From a virus (lineage: Duplodnaviria > Caudoviricetes), in IMG/VR virus record IMGVR_UViG_3300011338_000371, positions 1-64,000 of that record: a stretch of 64,000 nt of DNA; one strand, 5' to 3'. The number at the start of each line of letters is the position of its first letter. Position 1 is the stretch's first letter. Positions 59,961 to 64,000 of this stretch are shown here, piece by piece. The position numbers and the translations under genes are program-made. Below the pieces are notes generated by a model, which saw nothing but the letters and a program-made list of their open reading frames with translations, was not told the DNA's origin and ran no database searches.

Positions 59961-62900
59961 ATGTTTTGTCCTAACCTATCAGATCCTACTATAAAAGCTC
60001 AGTTCGAGTCTCTTCAATCTATAGTCCCAGACTATGCTTACTATCTCTGGGATAAGTATCAAGGAGATGTTCCTGCTAAATACTACAATTTATCTAATGC
60101 AGTTATTAAAGAAGGAGTATCTGAGCTCTTTGAATCTAATTCTGAGTTAGCTAGTATAGGTACACCACAACAATACTCTCAATACTTAGATTCTATCTTT
60201 CCTGATAGTAAAGTAAAAGATATTGTTTATCATGGTACAAAAGGAGATAAATTTGATACAATAGATTTTACTAAAAATAATTTTGGAGGAAACGTATTTT
60301 ATGTAAGTACTGATAAGTCTGAGGCTGAGAGTTATGCTAGGAAGACAGGTAATGTATTAGCCTTACTTATTAATGCAAAAAATGTTCAGTTTCAAAGAGA
60401 TGCTTTTTTTGGAAATACTCCGCAAAATATTAATGAAATAAATCAAGAAATTCAGGACCTAGAGAACTTAAAATTTGGTTTACAATTTATAGACGAAGAA
60501 ATAGAAGTTAAGTTTTTTAACTCTCAGAAAGAAGCAAAAGAGTTTGCTGAAAGAAACTCTGGTTGGGAGAATTTAGAAGAAAAAGTAAAACAAGATAAAC
60601 TTAAACAGTTAAAAATTTTATTAAATAATTTAACTGTAGAAGGAGAGTTTGATACTGTATTAACTAATAACGACGCTGGAGGAAAAACTATTTACATTGT
60701 AAATAAATCAGAACAAATTCACATACTAGGAAACAAACAAGACATTGAGGGCTTTAAAAAGTTTGTATCTACTTCTGCTATGCCTACTACCATGTTCAGT
60801 AGGAAGGATGCTAAGTTTGTATCTGATAGGTTTATTCGCTTAGAAAGACAATACGACTTTGTTAGAGGCATTCAAACTAGTCCAGAATACTGGAACATGT
60901 CAATGGAAGAGAAGAAGCGTTACGTAGCTTCTAAACACTTCCAAGAAATACTTCCAGCTATTCAAGGTCTTGACTCTGTTCGAGTAGAAGGGAACAAGAT
61001 CTATCTTTCTGAGACAAAGAGAGTTAAATCTCCTGGTGCACTTTATAACTACGCAGTTAGATTAAAAGAAAACATCAATGCAATGTTTCCTTTGGCATAC
61101 TCTAATCCTCCTGCATACGTAAGAGAGTTGTCTGATGGACAGACTTTAATTGAATTTGACTTGAATGGTAGTTATACTATTCCTTTCCTACAAGCAGTTG
61201 AGACTCTAGAAGAAGAGTCTATGAGAACTGAAATGGAGTTGTTTGACATCCAAGAGAATCTAGGAAAAGAAAAAGCAGCTATCATGGAAAAACTCCAATC
61301 AGCAAATGAACTTTTGATTGATGGAGAAGTACTTCCTTTAAACGGATTAATGTTCCAAAAGAACTTTAGTTTAAAACAAGCACTTAAAGATCCTAAGATA
61401 AAAGCTTATGGACAGGTGTTAGATAAACTTGCTTCTAGATTCCCTGGAGTAACTTGGAAGTGGAACAACCAAATAGCAGAGGCTGCTAGAGTTAACCTAT
61501 CTACAGGAGAGATTGAAGTTAATCCTGAACTTATTCAAGAAGATACCCCTTGGCATGAATTTGGACACTTTGTAGTTAGAGGTATTAGAGAATCTAACCC
61601 TGAGTTATTTGAACAACTTAAGGCTGAGGTAAAAAGATTACACGAAGAATCCCCCACATCTTCCGCTTACTCTTTTGTAGAAGACGCTTATCCTGATTAT
61701 GTAGGAAGCGAATCTTTCTGGGAAGAGGTTATTGTAACTGAGTTAGGTAGACAAGCGGCTACTAAGGCTAATAGAAGTTTGTTTGATAAAGTCTTTGATT
61801 GGTTTAAGTCTTTGCTTAGATCATTTAAAGTAGGAGTTACTCCTATTAGTAATATGTCTAATCTAGTGGAGTCTCTTGTTGATCCCTCTAACTTGTTTGA
61901 GGTGATTCCTACAAACTCTGCAATCGAAGACTATATGTTCCAACGTATAGTCCCTCAAGATCAAGTAGATGCTTTGACTCAGTATGTAGTAACTACTCCT
62001 GGTGCACAGTTTGAATTCCAAACCTATGCAGAGAAGATTCAAACAATTGCTTCAGCTATTAGTGACTCTGAGTTTAAAAAGATCTTAGATACCAATAGAT
62101 TTCTTGGCTTAGGAAACGAATCCCTACAAAGATCTCTAGACGCTATTAAACAGGTAAAGAACATAGTAACAAAGGAAGATGTAGCTGCATCTGTTCTAGA
62201 GTTGTCTGACTACCTTCAATACAATTCTATCTATCTACAGGGACTGATTCGTCACTTAGACAACATCTTGAATGATCCTAATATACCTTCAGGTAAGAAG
62301 CTAGGTGATCTTCACAGAACTTATAAGCAAGCTTTAGCTATTGAAAAGCATGTTAAGAAGATTGAGTCTTTGTTTGATACTAGTGTTCTTAAGAAAATGT
62401 ATAGGGCAGAGGTTCAGAAAGACGCTTTCTTAAAGAATCTTTCTTGGATTAAAACTGCTATTAATACTATTAAAGAAGATCATGCAACTAACATACAGGC
62501 TCCTGTATTTAATGAATTAACAGATAGTTTATCTCAACAAGCAGTAGATATTGCAGCTCAGTTTGATTCTGATATTGCTAAACTTAAGTCTCGTACACAA
62601 ACTCCTGCTATTGCGAAAAGGATTGCTGAGCTAGAAAAAGAAAAGGCAGAGAGTATTCCTACTCCTGAGAATATTAAAAAGTTCTTAGCTGATCCTAACT
62701 CTCCTTGGTATCTTGCTTGGGAGTCAGCAATGTCTACAAAGACTCCTAGCGTACAGATTATTGCTAACTATATTAGAGGTATTAATAACGAGTTTCAAGA
62801 GAACTTAAAGCCTATTGCAAGAGATTGGCAAGATCTTATGGATGACATTGCGGCATTAGAAGGAAGTTTCTTTGGTTCTGCTATGGATACTAAAAACTTC

Positions 62901-64000
62901 TACAAGCCTTTTATTCGAGAGACTGTACTGTATGAAGTAATAGATGGCAAACTTGTAAAAGACAAGAAAGTTATATCCCTTAATACAAAGATTAAGACAA
63001 TCGAGCTTAGAAACAGGGCTACTGAACTTAATTATCTTGTAGAGTATGGTGAGACAGAGGAGATAAGAAATAAAGCAGAAGAGGATCTTAAAAAGTTTTA
63101 CGAAGAGTATACAGAGCGTCCTTTTACAGATGAGTATTATGCTATTCAAAAGCTGTTACCAGATGACGTAAAAGAAAAAAGAAATAGAATCTATCAAGAA
63201 ATTGGTGCTATCAGAGAAGAGTTTGGTACTGGAGAGATAGACGAACATACAATTGAGAGGCTTAAAGAGAAAGAAAAAGAAATCTACGAGCTAGAAAGAA
63301 TCTACGATGAGGCTGGAGAACTGAAGACAGGTAAAGCATACGAAGACGCTATTGCTATCCAAAAGTGGAAAGAAACAAAGAGAAATGCTGAAGTCATGAA
63401 CTTTGTTCTCACTGATGATAGTAGGGCTGTATTCGAGAAGATGCTTGCTAGCAAGAAAGCAGACTTAGCAAAAGGCTTAATCACACAAGATGCTTACAAT
63501 AAGTGGGCTTCAGTACATACACGTACTACCTACACACAAGAGTTCTATGACACCAGACAAATTATCTTAGATGATATCCAACGTCTACTAAGTAGTAGGG
63601 GTTCTATGCAAGATCTCTACTCTGGTCTATTTAATCTTTTGTTAGGAACTAAGGATAGAAACGGTGTGTATGATCCTGTACAAGTTACTGATAAACAAGT
63701 AGTTAAGGCAAAAGAACTAGAGTTACAGATTGAGGAAATCAAGTCTTTGCTTAAGCAAGATAGCCCTCTAGACACGGACACTAAGAATAAACTAGGTGTT
63801 CTTATTGAAAAGTTACAAGATCTACAGAGTAACGTTAACTCTGAGTATTATGAGAGTGCTGTAAGAAACCAAAAAGATTCTATTCGTACTCAAGTAACTG
63901 CAGAGAATCCAGACTTAAATACACAGTCTATAGAAAAAATAGTAGAGGCTAGATATAAGAATTCTGTTTGGTATCAAAACAACCATATAAATAAGTTTAG
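59961..64000 (+). CDS. Large polyvalent virion protein (>1346 aa, truncated by window end) with ART-like and zincin domains
   Basis: Absent from the ORF track because no stop occurs. Frame checked by hand at start, at 61554 and at the end. IVYHGT...F...GNVFYVSTDKSEAESYA...IYIV ADP-ribosyltransferase-like motifs; HEFGH...EE at 61554. Confidence 0.82.
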   Translation, partial: MFCPNLSDPTIKAQFESLQSIVPDYAYYLWDKYQGDVPAKYYNLSNAVIKEGVSELFESNSELASIGTPQQYSQYLDSIFPDSKVKDIVYHGTKGDKFDTIDFTKNNFGGNVFYVSTDKSEAESYARKTGNVLALLINAKNVQFQRDAFFGNTPQNINEINQEIQDLENLKFGLQFIDEEIEVKFFNSQKEAKEFAERNSGWENLEEKVKQDKLKQLKILLNNLTVEGEFDTVLTNNDAGGKTIYIVNKSEQIHILGNKQDIEGFKKFVSTSAMPTTMFSRKDAKFVSDRFIRLERQYDFVRGIQTSPEYWNMSMEEKKRYVASKHFQEILPAIQGLDSVRVEGNKIYLSETKRVKSPGALYNYAVRLKENINAMFPLAYSNPPAYVRELSDGQTLIEFDLNGSYTIPFLQAVETLEEESMRTEMELFDIQENLGKEKAAIMEKLQSANELLIDGEVLPLNGLMFQKNFSLKQALKDPKIKAYGQVLDKLASRFPGVTWKWNNQIAEAARVNLSTGEIEVNPELIQEDTPWHEFGHFVVRGIRESNPELFEQLKAEVKRLHEESPTSSAYSFVEDAYPDYVGSESFWEEVIVTELGRQAATKANRSLFDKVFDWFKSLLRSFKVGVTPISNMSNLVESLVDPSNLFEVIPTNSAIEDYMFQRIVPQDQVDALTQYVVTTPGAQFEFQTYAEKIQTIASAISDSEFKKILDTNRFLGLGNESLQRSLDAIKQVKNIVTKEDVAASVLELSDYLQYNSIYLQGLIRHLDNILNDPNIPSGKKLGDLHRTYKQALAIEKHVKKIESLFDTSVLKKMYRAEVQKDAFLKNLSWIKTAINTIKEDHATNIQAPVFNELTDSLSQQAVDIAAQFDSDIAKLKSRTQTPAIAKRIAELEKEKAESIPTPENIKKFLADPNSPWYLAWESAMSTKTPSVQIIANYIRGINNEFQENLKPIARDWQDLMDDIAALEGSFFGSAMDTKNFYKPFIRETVLYEVIDGKLVKDKKVISLNTKIKTIELRNRATELNYLVEYGETEEIRNKAEEDLKKFYEEYTERPFTDEYYAIQKLLPDDVKEKRNRIYQEIGAIREEFGTGEIDEHTIERLKEKEKEIYELERIYDEAGELKTGKAYEDAIAIQKWKETKRNAEVMNFVLTDDSRAVFEKMLASKKADLAKGLITQDAYNKWASVHTRTTYTQEFYDTRQIILDDIQRLLSSRGSMQDLYSGLFNLLLGTKDRNGVYDPVQVTDKQVVKAKELELQIEEIKSLLKQDSPLDTDTKNKLGVLIEKLQDLQSNVNSEYYESAVRNQKDSIRTQVTAENPDLNTQSIEKIVEARYKNSVWYQNNHINKF

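Noticed and set aside
107-63484. Many short antisense or alternate-frame ORFs in the track (e.g. 1130..1411, 2539..3018, 18416..18892, 22284..22754, 25376..25930, 26351..26854, 50287..50661, 62856..63149)
   Set aside because: They lie wholly opposite or within well-supported genes, have biased shadow-frame composition (S/L/F-rich), and lack leaders or motifs.
1-64000. Alternative genetic code (TAG/TGA recoding) as in some crAss-like phages
   Set aside because: Very long ORFs are open under code 11, and TAG/TGA serve as plausible true stops (8435, 41744). The only internal stop seen is a TAA.
1-64000. CRISPR array, diversity-generating retroelement, invertase-controlled fibre switching, integrase
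   Set aside because: No regularly spaced repeats, reverse transcriptase, template/variable repeat pair or recombinase were seen in this window.

Overview
This 64-kb window is part of a crAss-like (Crassvirales-related) podovirus genome, most likely infecting a Bacteroidota host. The host call rests on TAnnTTTG -7 promoter elements, A-rich leaders without Shine-Dalgarno sites, and a Q-rule signal peptide. Standard code 11 fits. Bases ~1-7730 run leftward and hold small accessory genes, an AT-hook/ParB protein, tRNA-Glu(TTC), an anticodon-less tRNA-like RNA and several candidate structured ncRNAs. A repeat-rich strand switch (~7000-7950) may be a genome end or early-control region. The rightward arm carries a PRTase, tail fibre, lysis cassette and a short inverted island with another candidate pseudoknotted ncRNA. 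It continues with HTH/HU-like genes, terminase, portal, scaffold-like protein, major capsid, ring/tail proteins, and a muzzle/tail-stabilisation gene split by one in-frame TAA. The arm ends with basic core/cargo proteins punctuated by a repeated [M/A]xxG[G/M/A] motif, a 4395-aa virion RNA polymerase polyprotein (RIP and DYDID motifs, HExxH zincin), and a >1346-aa polyvalent protein with an ADP-ribosyltransferase-like cassette and a zincin motif that runs off the window. All product calls come from motif and synteny recognition by eye. No database search, folding or composition calculation was run.
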